DNA of 64,000 nucleotides from Laetmonice hystrix (lineage: Eukaryota): NCBI GenBank assembly GCA_965235115.1, contig OZ249436.1, positions 33,170,001 through 33,234,000 of the forward strand, read 5' to 3'. Position numbers and translations under genes: made by a program. Shown in pieces: positions 12,579 to 24,278 of the stretch. Position 1 is the stretch's first letter. Every line of letters begins with the position of its first letter. The notes below the pieces were generated by a model, which was given only the letters and a program-made list of their open reading frames with translations, was not told where the DNA came from and searched no databases.

Positions 12579-12657
12579 CTTCACTGAGGCCTGTGGCCAA
12601 TCCCACCAGCATAAAGACCAGCAGTTGCCCACTGCATATACATTGCTGCTTGGTCAT
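12579..12657 (-). CDS. unc5: UNC5 first coding exon (signal peptide MTKQQCICSGQLLVFMLVGLATGLSE-G)
   Basis: ATG at 12657 in aacATG context. It encodes 26 codons with a hydrophobic core (LLVFMLVGLA) and small residues at the end, then the donor GAA G|gtaaat (GT at 12578-12577). Its phase-1 end joins the phase-1 Ig1 exon to give G+GT = Gly in frame. The intron is about 2.96 kb. Confidence 0.78.
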
Positions 12658-12668
12658 GTTGAGCCCAT
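12654..12668 (-). promoter_or_regulatory. 4-codon uORF (MGST*) whose TGA overlaps the UNC5 ATG
   Basis: The minus strand reads ccccATG GGC TCA ACA TGA. The A of ACA plus TG of TGA form the main ATG (ATGA overlap). Confidence 0.5.
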
Positions 12669-12846
12669 GGGGGAGCCACCGAGAGAACTGGGCGCCGACC
12701 TGAGCAGCAGAGAGACAGCGGTTACTTGTGATGGGACAGCCTGACGGAGGAGGCTGGTCGTACGCCGACTGGTCAGGACCTACCCCAGCACAGTCACAAC
12801 AATGAACGTAGACCACAGCAGCAGGGCCGTTCTGCTGCGAGTGGAT

Positions 12847-12903
12847 GTAGTAGTAGTGATAGTAACAGCAACAGCAGCAGTAGTAGCGGTAAGAGTAGCG
12901 GTA
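12847..12903. repeat. Mixed (GTA/GCA)n trinucleotide tract, probably in the UNC5 5' leader
   Basis: gtagtagtagtgatagtaacagcaacagcagcagtagtagcggt... It produces the YYCCCCCYYHYYY run in the 12568-12924 ORF. Confidence 0.7.
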
Positions 12904-13579
12904 TCCTACTCCAAGCCCATTCACACAGCAACTATCATCCTGGTGTGTATTACTGCTGTGTCCTCTTTAACACATCCAACACAACTTTGGCCTTGACGTT
13001 GTCACAAGACACAATAAATCCAATGGAGTTGAGAACTGTCAAGGCGATTCAATATTTATAAACTGCACTAGCTCCTGCAGCAATGATCACACTAGAATAT
13101 CCTCTGTTTTGAATGAACACATGTGTGCAATGGCAGCGGACTGGACGGTGTGACACTGACAGGTAATGATGTCCTCCTGGTATATATATATGTATATATC
13201 TGTTTCCCGTTGTTGTCCGCCAGCAGCACTAAGTAACTCCCAATGACCTGTTGTTTTGGCTGGCTCCACTTGCAATGTGTAGAGACCAAACAGATCCTGC
13301 TGAAGACCGTATACCCTCTATGTCTGGGAGCGCCTGTAGTTGTGGCCTGTGGTAATCAACTGTTTGTTTGGACGGAGACCCCCACGTTGGAGCATGTCAT
13401 CTTGCACACTGTTGCTTGCCTGATGCTCCTCGTGCCTCCTGCGACCATGCACCGACTGCCTGAGTCACTTGCTGACTGTTGCGCCCTCTCCCCCGGTGCT
13501 GTCTGTGTGTGTGAGTCGACCGCGATGATGCAGCGCGCGCGGTCCCCCCTTGGCATCTGGGACGGACATGTACCAAGAA

Positions 13580-13810
13580 ACTACCATCCACTGACTGACG
13601 CTTCCCCTCTCCCCCTGCACGCACCAGTTGGCCACCGACCGACCGGCCTGTCTGTCTGTCCCTCGCCGAGTCAGTCAGTGCCGCCTGCCAATCACTATAG
13701 ACCTCGCAACCAGCCAGCGGGGCAGTTCGGCCAATCAGGGAGCGCACAGCAACTTGCCAGCCAATGTCGTGGGCTGTGCTGTTCAGTAACTGTCAGTCAC
13801 TATACAGGAG
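13580..13810. promoter_or_regulatory. Candidate CpG-rich, triple-CCAAT promoter for UNC5 (possibly bidirectional)
   Basis: CCAAT at 13688, 13731 (ggCCAATcag, full NF-Y consensus) and 13761, spaced 43 and 30 bp. The context is GC/CpG-rich. TCAGT initiator-like motifs occur on minus (~13590-13600) and plus (~13782-13798). It lies about 1 kb upstream of the UNC5 ATG. Confidence 0.45.
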
Positions 13811-16800
13811 ACCGCTGGCTGTCCGGGTCTGGCTCCTCTACATGGGAGCGTGGTCTTGCTGGCTGGCTGACGCTTTATTATATACTACTTGGTGGACATA
13901 GCTTCCTCAAGCTTGGAGCCCTTACGGTTCAATGGACAGGCCTTGTACGATTCCTGGTTGGTGGGAGGAGCCTGTTCATCTAATTACTTACTTTGTGTCT
14001 AAAGTGTTCTCAAAGCTGTTTGCCACTCGTTGCGGCTGGCTCTGCTACCACCAGCCCACCCCCGACCGTCAACGAGCCACGACAAGCACCCCCCAACCTT
14101 GTCTTAGGGCGCTGGCTGGTGCTGCCACCATGCAGCAAACGGACGAACCAATGACGCCTCCAGGCCCATTCTACTTCACTGGTGAAACTGGTCTAACCTA
14201 AGTCAAGGTTTATGTATTGAAATTATACTCTTTAGTTTAGGACCAACATTGATAAAACTAATTACATACTTTCTAAAAATGCTGTAACCCAAATTCGGCC
14301 TACAGTGGTTACAGGACTCTGCCATCGATTCTTAGCATAATTCAATAAAACTATAGAGGCATACCCATCCATTAAACTCATTCTTTAAAAACATTCTTTG
14401 TATTCTTCGCTTTCTTAGATTACAGTCATGGGGAACACTGCCTGCACATATTCCGAGGGGTAAATCGTTTCAACCAATCTTCTGCAGGAAGTGGCATGAT
14501 GCAGCTGTCTTAACTATCACCACCGACCTGACCCCTGACATCTGCTGTACCCCACTGACCTGATGCGGGGATTGTGAAAAAAGGACAGCGATGCCGGTCT
14601 GCTATCACCCTTTAGCCACCCCTGTGTCATCACCCTACCCCCACCAGCACCAGCACCACCATGATACCACCCGCTAACAACCGTCCCAGACAAACTGATA
14701 ATCATGATAAACGATGCACCTAATTAATATAATTGGCAAAACCAACTGCGCCATATTGGCCAAAACATTGTGGATAACACGCCGCTGTCCCAGACCTGCT
14801 CCCTGACCCACGACAGACGGTTCTGATTTCTCATCCACAGAAACCTTTCCAGGCTGGAGCCAAGGAGGAAATCATTGTAAACAACCATAGGCCACAACCT
14901 TGGCATCTGTATCTTGGAAACATGAACTTTTGTTTTCTAAATTACTCCATGGTTTCTTAATGATATTCTCATATTTGCTTGCCAATTTTGTGCACTTTCA
15001 GATTTGTATTATAGAGTATTTTCTGTGATAGGGGACATCTCCAGTAAGTAAAATAGAAAAGTCGGGGTTCCTCCCCCAACCCAATGTGACCAAATGCCAG
15101 TATCCCAATCATTGAGAATTGGCTCGAAGAAACTCTGCTGGTATTTCGAGCTGCCTGCCTGGTCTGTGTGCCTATAGTATATATCTCTCCCCACTGATCT
15201 ATATCATACTTCACACCACTCGCTCATGTGTATCCCGGCTACAAAGAATTATGATATGTGACAAACCGAGTCTGGACTCAATTAATATGCCGTGCAACTA
15301 AGTATGCATGGCAGGGAGTGAATCTAGACAGGGCAGTGAGTGCACGGAACACGCATGGTGTATACTGCATGCCGCTCCTGACCTGGCACAATAGGTTGAC
15401 ATGCATGGCTCGTTAGGGCCATGTCAATTATTCATTGATGTTCATCTGTCAAATTGCTGCTCATGCAATCAGTGGTGGACCAGTTGGTAGGCGCCATTAC
15501 GCTATGTCAATGACATGACAACAAAAACACGCAAAACACGTGCTCAACTTTTTGTTGTTGTTAAGCCTATTAAGACGCCGGTGTTAGAATTACTTTCCAT
15601 TGCAATTTAAATATTTCACATTTGGAAATTGCGGAGATATTTCTCTTTCTAGACTAACCGGATAGGTATCCGGACCTTCAATTACGTAAATTGGCTAGAT
15701 ACCTCTTCAAAACTCATATTCAAAATTATTCGGTAAGAATCCAGAGATCCGTTTATCGATATCATAGCAATAAATATTACCTAACTACATCAAGATACAT
15801 GTATTTATTTAAAGGGGTCATTTATGTCCTTCAAATTGAGAACATTTATAGACCAATTTTAAAATCGAAGTCAGCCCCACGAGATAGCCCTCTGATCTCG
15901 AACTTGAAAGCCACAACCTTCGTCTCTCTACATTTACCTCCGATGCTGTTGATATGAGAGGCGTTTAGAGAATCTGTCTGATGTGGCGATCATAATCCAT
16001 CAGACACACAGGCAATAAATCATCAACTTTGCCTGCCCCCACAGGCCTGCCTGGAGCAGGGGCTTCGTTTACATGGCCGTTTCCCACTTACGGGTGCCCG
16101 CACGTGTGGCGGGGGGAGTGGGAAGGGGGAGGGGCATGCAGCTCGGTCCTCCCGTGACAATGGACCAGGTGAGAGCGACTCGGCACGTAATTGCTATCAG
16201 CAGTGTGCCAGCGTATACTGCAGACAGTACTGGAGAGAGAGAAAAAAACCGGGGGAGTTAACCGTTACCGCCTGATCTCAGGATCTTACCCTCAGCCATA
16301 GGAAACCTACCCTAGACTCTAGGGTAACCGAGGCAGACGGCCATGGGCGAGGGGGTCTCCATGTGTCTGCTCAATACTCCATCAATTTAATACACTCTAT
16401 CTTATCGGTGTTTTTGTTTCAGCGGCGTGTCGGGGTTGATTGCCTGTGCTTTTTCAATTCACCATGATCATCAGCTCATGAAATCAGTCATCCGAAATCT
16501 GAACGGGCTTTTTTTCTTTAATTTTTTTATTATTTGCCTTTATAGAACTGATCTTTTATCTCTATCCAAGAATTTATTAAGGAATCAAAAGGTGGAAAAC
16601 ACACACATACAAAACCAGTTCAACGTCTTCATCATCCCAGAACATCTTTCACCGAAGCCTCAGAGGTTTTTTCCAGTGATAGGAGTTACAACTTTCTCAA
16701 CGTAAAATGCCCATTTGCTAACCACAACCATCATTTAGAGTATCTAGAGTATTTGTCCAATGGTTGAACTCAATGCCTGATGTATCCAGGAGAAGTACAC

Positions 16801-19800
16801 GTCACACCTGTCGAGCAGAGATATCCTGTTATTGAACTCAACTTTATAAACCTGATGTCATAGAAGACAAGCCGATCCCAATACCAGCTAATACCCAATA
16901 CAAACAACGCACTGTTTGAACCAAGCTGGTAATCCGACTTGCACGCCAGCCCAGGCCCAAACAGATAACTGTCCTTCTGCTGACCTTGTGACCTTTAAGT
17001 GAAGGGCCGCCCTATAACAGAGCAGTTAAAGTATCATCAACCGCAGCTTGCTGTCCATACAAAACAAATAACGCATCATAACCGTCCACTAACTCCATGC
17101 ATGAACTTTATACTTGTACTGATAGTCGTTGAATCATTCATAACTGACACCAGTGTAGTTCACTTACTGGGTGTGCAATGTTTGCAAGGTTAAACAGGTC
17201 AACCTCAATCGACCAGGTCGTTTCGTGCTTATATTTCTTGTGGCGCAGAGTTAGTGGCACTGCTGTCTGGTTGATTGAAGGAGAACTTTCCCTTATGGAT
17301 GAGTCGATGGTTTAGCTAATATTTCTTGGCATATCATGTTGGATGACGAGATTCCGATCCCAAATTGCAGGTAATCTGTCCACTTGATGTGAAGGCTCAT
17401 TACTCCATGGCATCACAATTCTGTCATCGGTGTTCCGGGAACATTTCTAATATTGCAACATAAGGGCAATGGTTGTGTTCACGTCCCGTTTAAAGGCCAC
17501 TTTATTGTTCATCCGGCGGGACGTTACCATTGAACTGAACAGAAACATGTACTTGTACAAAGGAAGCTTCGGCGATGAACAAAAGACGTTATTAAGTAAT
17601 CTTTGCCAAGGTGATTTAAGAAAATTACCATCCGTTATGAAAATGTGACCGGGCACTTGAGACAGAAGATTGCCCTCTACTTCCCTCCCTCTCTCCCCAG
17701 TGCAGGTATTACCGACTCTTGTGTGACTCAGAGTTTTCTCCCAGTCAGCCCCCACCATCAACACCTTCAATCCCGCCCCCCGGCCCCCACTTCTCCCAGC
17801 ATGGAGATCCACAGTCCCACACCCCGCCTCCACCCATCCCCACCCCCACCTCCTCATCTATATTTCAACAATCACTCCTTACAGCACTTCTAATTAAATC
17901 CACATTCACTTTATGATCCAGGGTTTCTATGAGGCCCCCAAAAAACCTGATAATGAAGGATCTATTCTGCAAGCACGCGGCACGTGGGGCTTGCTGTTCC
18001 ATGCTCAGAAGACTTACATTTTTATTCGCTTTTCATCATTTCTCCACGGCACATTGCTCTGTTGTGTACCACTTCAAAGGACTTTTTTCACAAAGTGCCC
18101 TCACAGATGACGTTATTTTCTTATGTTTATCAATAATACAGTTCACAACTGAACTGTGTCATAGGTCGGGCACACATTGTTTGTTACCTTGTCTGAGTCC
18201 ACCTCAACATCTAGACGCAGCGGCCGTTCACTCTCCAACCGAAAAAGAAGTTCAAATTAAACAATGGCGGAATTTTCAGTGACACGAGGTAAAAGGAACG
18301 TGCAGTATTCATGAAACGTTTCATATCGCCTTTAAAACCTTGGTTTACTTCGACCCTCAATGGTTTCCACAGAAAGGTCGTGTGAGCTTCAACATAGCCC
18401 GAGGAAAGTGACCACACAATTCACATTTCCTTTCATATTCCTTGGGGCTGTCGCTCTGCCTCATGTCTTGCACAGAATCAACACCTTTGGTTAGTTTTTT
18501 GGGGGGTTGGGGTGGGTGGGGGTAGGGGCCCATTACATAGTATAATGCACCGCTCAGTAGGCGGTATACAACAGAGATCCGAGAAATTAACGTTTTACTG
18601 TCCTGACTATATAGCTAAAAACCTATCTCATAACAAAGTCATTATGGCCATCCGTTAATTGTACTAAACAACCAAATTTAAGCGCCACTGTTTGCCTCAC
18701 CTGTGACGTCTAGTTCCGTTGCCTTTGGTGCAACAAGCCCTCAGATCAAAGACTTCCAATTTCCATTTAACATCAGTTGGTGCTACGCAGATGGAAATAA
18801 GCAGTTGGCTGAATAGGAGTCGTCTACGAGATACAGTGAATGTCCTGAGGGATGGCCGACCCCAAAGTCAAACACAACTGCTGTATGTCAAGTCGGCACA
18901 CAGCATTGAGCAAAGGAGTCCTTATATCCCTATTCCCACCGTAATACTCCCTGTAAGCGCCTGGCCTCAAAACGAAACGGACGTAAAAAAAACAGCTAAA
19001 TCTAAATTTTAATTTTCTCAGATAATCTCGTTATAACACTGGAAACCTTTGCGTTCATTCTGCAAAATGAAACCGTTATAACATAATCTGGAAAACTTCG
19101 AAACAATTTGCGAAATTTCCTAGGGGGAGACACTGCCATCCTACTCAAACGAGGGTATAACCGGCTAGATGAACTACCACATGAGCCAAACTAACCACAG
19201 CTAAAGAAATAACTCGCGGTTCTAATGAAGGTGACACCAAAAAAACTATGGAGTAGGTGAGCGTTTGTTGGTGGATTTACGGTACTCGGTCCGTCAGAAC
19301 GACAATCACAATGTAACACGTTGTCTGTCCAAAACTAGAATGACCCCAAGATCTCTTGGCTCCTGGCCTCATCATTCAGACCCGCAGTCATCGGTGGCAA
19401 TCATTGCTTCACAAGACCTTGTCCTGCCTTGGGCAAGACATCAGCAAAGTCAACTTCCCCCAAGCAAGATGCCATTGACGGCTTTTGTTTGAACTACATC
19501 CATCTAGACTGACCGTGTCAGCAAACTTGTTAAAACCAATAGCCCCTATCAGACACGTTGTTTGCTGTCTCTGTATATAAAGAAGTTTGGAGCGTGGTGA
19601 CAAGATTTATGGAATAATTTCCGCCGTTCCCATTGAGAATGTATGCATGGAGAGAATCTATTGACCTCTGACATCATTAATAAGACATATCATTTGCGTT
19701 TGTTTTGGTTACATCCATACTTCAGCAAGCTCATGGCCACTCATGCATTTATACAACATGTTAGTGTAAATGAGTTTCAACTCGATTGTGGTTTTTCTCC

Positions 19801-20144
19801 AGACACCAGCAACGAGTATTCGATAGCATTTGTCCTTCCATTCTATAGTGACTAGTCCAGCCAGAGCTATTCCCAGTCATATTGACAGTTATCTAGCCAG
19901 CTAGCAAACCAGACGACAAGTCTGCTAGTTAGCCCCCCTGCCAGCCATCCAGCCACTTATAGCCAGCTGGAGAGTCCGTCTAAATTTGGCTGGTCTATAT
20001 ATGCATCTGGTAAATGAACGCATGTAGATTAGAGGCAATGTCGGTCCCTTCCCCATAGGAATTTGTCTATCCTGTTTATACAATAATCCGTCAAGTGGTA
20101 ACTGCCGTGTTTGTACTTTACCAAACCAGATTAGTAAATCCACC

Positions 20145-20172
20145 CATAGAGTCTATATTTATAGACTCTATG
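20145..20172. mobile_element. 28-bp palindromic micro-element CATAG...CTATG with 7-bp target-site duplication
   Basis: atccacc [CATAGAGTCTATA tt TATAGACTCTATG] atccacc. The arms are a perfect 13 bp and ATCCACC is repeated at 20138-20144 and 20173-20179. Confidence 0.65.
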
Positions 20173-21699
20173 ATCCACCTGATGAGTCTCCATTAACTTA
20201 CTATCCCTTGGTCGCACACATACCTTCCAGCAGAGAACTGAGCTCCTCACATCCTCTGTATGCTACGAACAGAAACGTTTTTTTTTCAGATGGTAGAGCA
20301 AGGACCAACAATTCCTACACAAATCATGTACTCGGGTTAAACGTGCATGGCTACTGGTTGATTATAATATCATAATATAGATGCGTGTCTTTATATACAA
20401 TTAACCCATTGAACTGGTGAACAGAAATGATCACTGTCCTCATATCCACCGACGCCCAATGCCTCTCTTGTTTTAGCCCTCTAATGCCATGAAACATTTC
20501 TTTTAGCTAGGGTAACTTTTTATGGTGTCGGTTATGGGCGCACAATGTTCATTTAATTATTTGGGACATCAGAACCATGGGGGTCAATTGGTCGCGGGGG
20601 ATTTGAAGAACTGCTGACTGGGCCTCCGATGTACTGGTTCAATGGTAGTAAGTACACACAGCCGACGGCCATTAGAGACTGATATTGTTGGCCTACTCCG
20701 AGAGCAATCACTCTTGTACATCAGAATATACTAATGTACCAATTCCCCCACATAACGTGCCACCACATCTATTTGGACTAATGGGGCGATTGATACACAT
20801 TGGTACTTAAACATGGGATCAGGATAATGACTTTATAATACTACCAACAAAATTTGCTGACCTCAAACACGTCCAGGCCAGTGATATGTTCAGCGGTTGG
20901 TTTCGAGAGGAAGCCAACAGTATTATTATTTCAAGATCAATGTGTGATCAACCATATGTCATGGCACTGTGCTCTCTCTCTCCCTTTGTATTCTTCTGTT
21001 TAGTAATTGACATCTCTGCCCATTATACTATACTGATGCAGGAGTTCGCTGATTGCTTCAATAATCAGACTAGTGAGAAAACGGTTTGGCAGACCTAATA
21101 AGGAATTTGTCCTGGACGACAGTCTGATGTGTCCCCCCGGCCCCGGGCAAGGACCTAAAGTCGAGAGGCATACATTGCCTTGGGATGGACCAGAGTGCTG
21201 AAAAGGTCACGTCCCTTGAACCGAGTGACATTCACGGCAACATTTACAGAAGGAATGGCATTTTAAATCAAGTACCAAGGAATCAACAAGCTTCCCTAAA
21301 CTAGAACCAAATAATGCTGGAAGGATGCATTATGTGTCACTCTGCCAATAGCATGTACCACCCCACGTTCACGTATATCGTGTGTCACTCTTCAAATCTC
21401 ATCGAAGAAAAATACTGCTTTCATGACGACGGCCGCCGCCCCCGACAGCATGTACAGCAAGAGTGAATGATCGTGAGGACTATGGAGCTCGGAGCAACAT
21501 GTTTCGCAATTTGTCCGGTCAATACTTTTTAAGCGCGTTTGAATTATTTCTTCAGCCTGCAACCCCAAGTCATACTACATGACACAAAAACATTGCTAAG
21601 TTCTAAAGTCTTCACCTGAATTTCAATTCTCTTATTTTTTTTTACTTCTTGGCACGTGTACGCAAGACCAGTTACTGGTAAGTTAAACTGGCAGCGACG

Positions 21700-21865
21700 A
21701 CCCTGGCTGGCTGGTGGCATTTCCATGCCAGTAGTAGTATATGGAAATGTATGCAGATCAGGACCAAAAACTGCCTTCTGTCGTAGAGAGCGATCGCGTG
21801 TTACCTTCACACTGCCCGTCCTGTCAAAGGAACATCATTGTCTGTGTGTGGTAGAACCAGCTAGT
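21700..21865 (+). mobile_element. Possible decayed piggyBac-like C-terminal cysteine-rich domain
   Basis: With frameshifts it reads LAG-HF...KC-VCRSGPK...RRERSRVTF-HCPSCQ-GTSLSVCGRT, which resembles the HF...CxxC...R...TxFxCxxC...LC CRD pattern. I found no TTAA/TIR ends. Confidence 0.3.
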
Positions 21866-22978
21866 GCTGACGTTAATCTAACGTGACCTCCTAACAACAT
21901 GCAACCCACCCCACAGACGTAGCATGTTGGCAAACGACATGCTACAGTCTGCATCATGTGACTCTATCCCCACACTGCAGGTTCACTAATCCGGCTAAAG
22001 CTTCCCTCCTCATGACACACTACTCCAACACCGACATCTGATGACCGTACCAAAACTTTACAATATTAAACCATTTTTTTGATCTTTCATCTCTTTCACG
22101 TTTCATGATGCGTTTGTCGAATGCAGTTGTAAAAAGAAGAGTCCTTGGAGCTGGGTGATCTAAAGTGTGCAATCATTTTGACGAAAAAAATTGAACTCTG
22201 CGCATTGTCTCTACCTGCAATTTACTATGACTCACTTAGCGTACCGTAGGACCACATAAATGCATGAACCACTGCAACACATTTTTTCGTCATGGACTCA
22301 TTAGATTCTTATTCACAAAGACTACATTTTTATGCATAATCCCTAAAAACATTAATACTATAGCAGAGCTGACTTCACATCACATTCATATTAAACCACA
22401 TTATAGCAAATCTCAAACAAAGCAACAACACTTGTTCAAACATACACAAAGATCAAAGAGGAGAACGAATAATGCCTGTGAATATTTAATTAGCCCAAAC
22501 AACTGTCAGTGAATTTAAATTTTGAAATATCAAACAATTAACCTCATCAAATAAATGCTTACAAATTGAAAATTTTGTATATTTAGACTGATGTTTACAT
22601 ATATACACATAACCAAAACGTCATGAACTGCCATAACGATACCCTAGACGAGATCTGTTCCTGTGTCCACGGAGGATGATTACGCAATGCACATGGAAAA
22701 CTGGTTTCCTGGAATGATTGTGTTTCTAATTTAAATCGGGGTAGGTATAAAGTGTATGGCAGTACTACTGCCGAGCACACGTGGTTCCTACTACCTGAAC
22801 ATTGCAGAGCCTGCAAACCGGCTGAGATTATTCTATGTGCGTGAAACATATTCTCTGTTGGAAATCGTTCAGGTATGTAACATGCCACATGTAGTGAGAA
22901 GTAAAGATACTCGAGGTTCAGGTATAGAATGATAACCGGTTAGTGCATTCTGGCTCCATCCCTCAACGAAATAATGTG

Positions 22979-23038
22979 CCCCCCCCCCCGCCCCCCGCCC
23001 CCCTCCCCCCCCGCCCCCCGCCCCCCTCCCCCCCCCCC
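22979..23038. repeat. 60-bp poly-C tract followed by poly-A (G-quadruplex potential on the minus strand)
   Basis: C runs interrupted only by single g or t, followed directly by a12. Confidence 0.85.
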
Positions 23039-23104
23039 AAAAAAAAAAAAACCAGACGATTTGACTCTCTCCAGTAGATACAGGAGCGAGGCTTTAACTG
23101 GTGT

Positions 23105-23200
23105 TCGTTGACCTGACATTGACATCAACAACCAATGAAATTTATTGGTTCATTGCACAATGAATTTCATTGGCTGTTCAACTCAATGCCAGGTCAACGA
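23105..23200. other. 96-nt imperfect inverted repeat (MITE relic or hairpin RNA)
   Basis: Arms 23105-23145 and 23160-23200 (41 nt each) are complementary at 35 of 41 positions, with a 14-nt spacer. Confidence 0.75.
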
Positions 23201-24015
23201 TTTTGTCAACAACCAGCCATAAGCCGATGGCTTCATGTCGACAACCAGGCAACTGGAATGTTGAAATTCATCAGATCTGATAACAGCCCATGTCTGCATT
23301 TTGGAGTCATTGAAAGAAGAGATAGTCGCTTAACTATCCCTATCCCTAATTCTAACCCTTTTTTTAAATGGGGGGGGGGGGGGGCAACAAACAAAAAACA
23401 GAGCGGTTCGACAGGTGATTGTTCACAAGCAAATGAGCTCCTCTTTGGTCCTGAGCTCGTGTATAGGGAAAAAATCTCACCCCCGGCAGTCTTGGGCAGC
23501 ACCATGTCCATGTCCTTGGTGCTGAACCCTGGCCAGCCCCAAGCCCAGTGCGCCGGCCCGCCTCACTGCAGGTGGGCCGACCAATGACGAGATGCCTCCC
23601 CCCCCCCCCCGTCAACCCGGCTTCAACTACCTGGAAAAGTAGCCACAGCTGCGGCCACATTGGTATCAATGTTTCTTCCCGAAGCTCGCCTCCACACTAC
23701 AGAACGCATATTGCCGACACGACATGCAGCCATGGATGGACAGCCATGGTTTTCGTCTACACACTGTACCTCTGACGGTACCTAAGGCCATTATTACTAT
23801 CGAGTTGCGTTTATAGCAGGACTTTTTCCCTCCGAGGTAGATCGTATTAAATATGATATCAAGTGGTGAAACTCGGTATCCTTAGAAGAGCAGCCTCGCT
23901 ATCAGCTTACAGCTAGCATGTGAAAATCGGTTCGCGCCCTGAGCAAATGATAGTGGATAGAACAGACTGTGCAAGGTAACCAACGACAGGTACAACAGAG
24001 GACCAGGAGGTTCCG

Positions 24016-24278
24016 ATCAAAATATGACGTCCACTCCGTCAATAAAAATACGGACCAGAATATACAACGTCCCCTCCGTCAATAAAAATACGGACCAGAA
24101 TATATACAACGTCCCCTCCGTCAATCAAAATACAGACCAGAATATACAACGTACCCTCCGACCAAAATACGGACCCGAATATACAACGTCCCCTCCGTCA
24201 ATCAAAATACGGACCCGAATATACAACGTCCCCTCCGACCAAAATACGGACCAGAATATACAACGTCCCCTCCGTCAA
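24016..24278. repeat. About 40-bp minisatellite (about 6.5 copies)
   Basis: Unit aaaatacggaccagaatatacaacgtcccctccgtcaat(a/c), period 40 (24041 to 24081), with 36- and 42-bp variants. It explains ORF 24024-24317. Confidence 0.92.

Noticed and set aside
13243-13983. 246-aa plus-strand ORF
   Set aside because: It lies over the GC-rich promoter/leader region antisense to unc5, has no recognisable domain, and GC richness explains the lack of stops.
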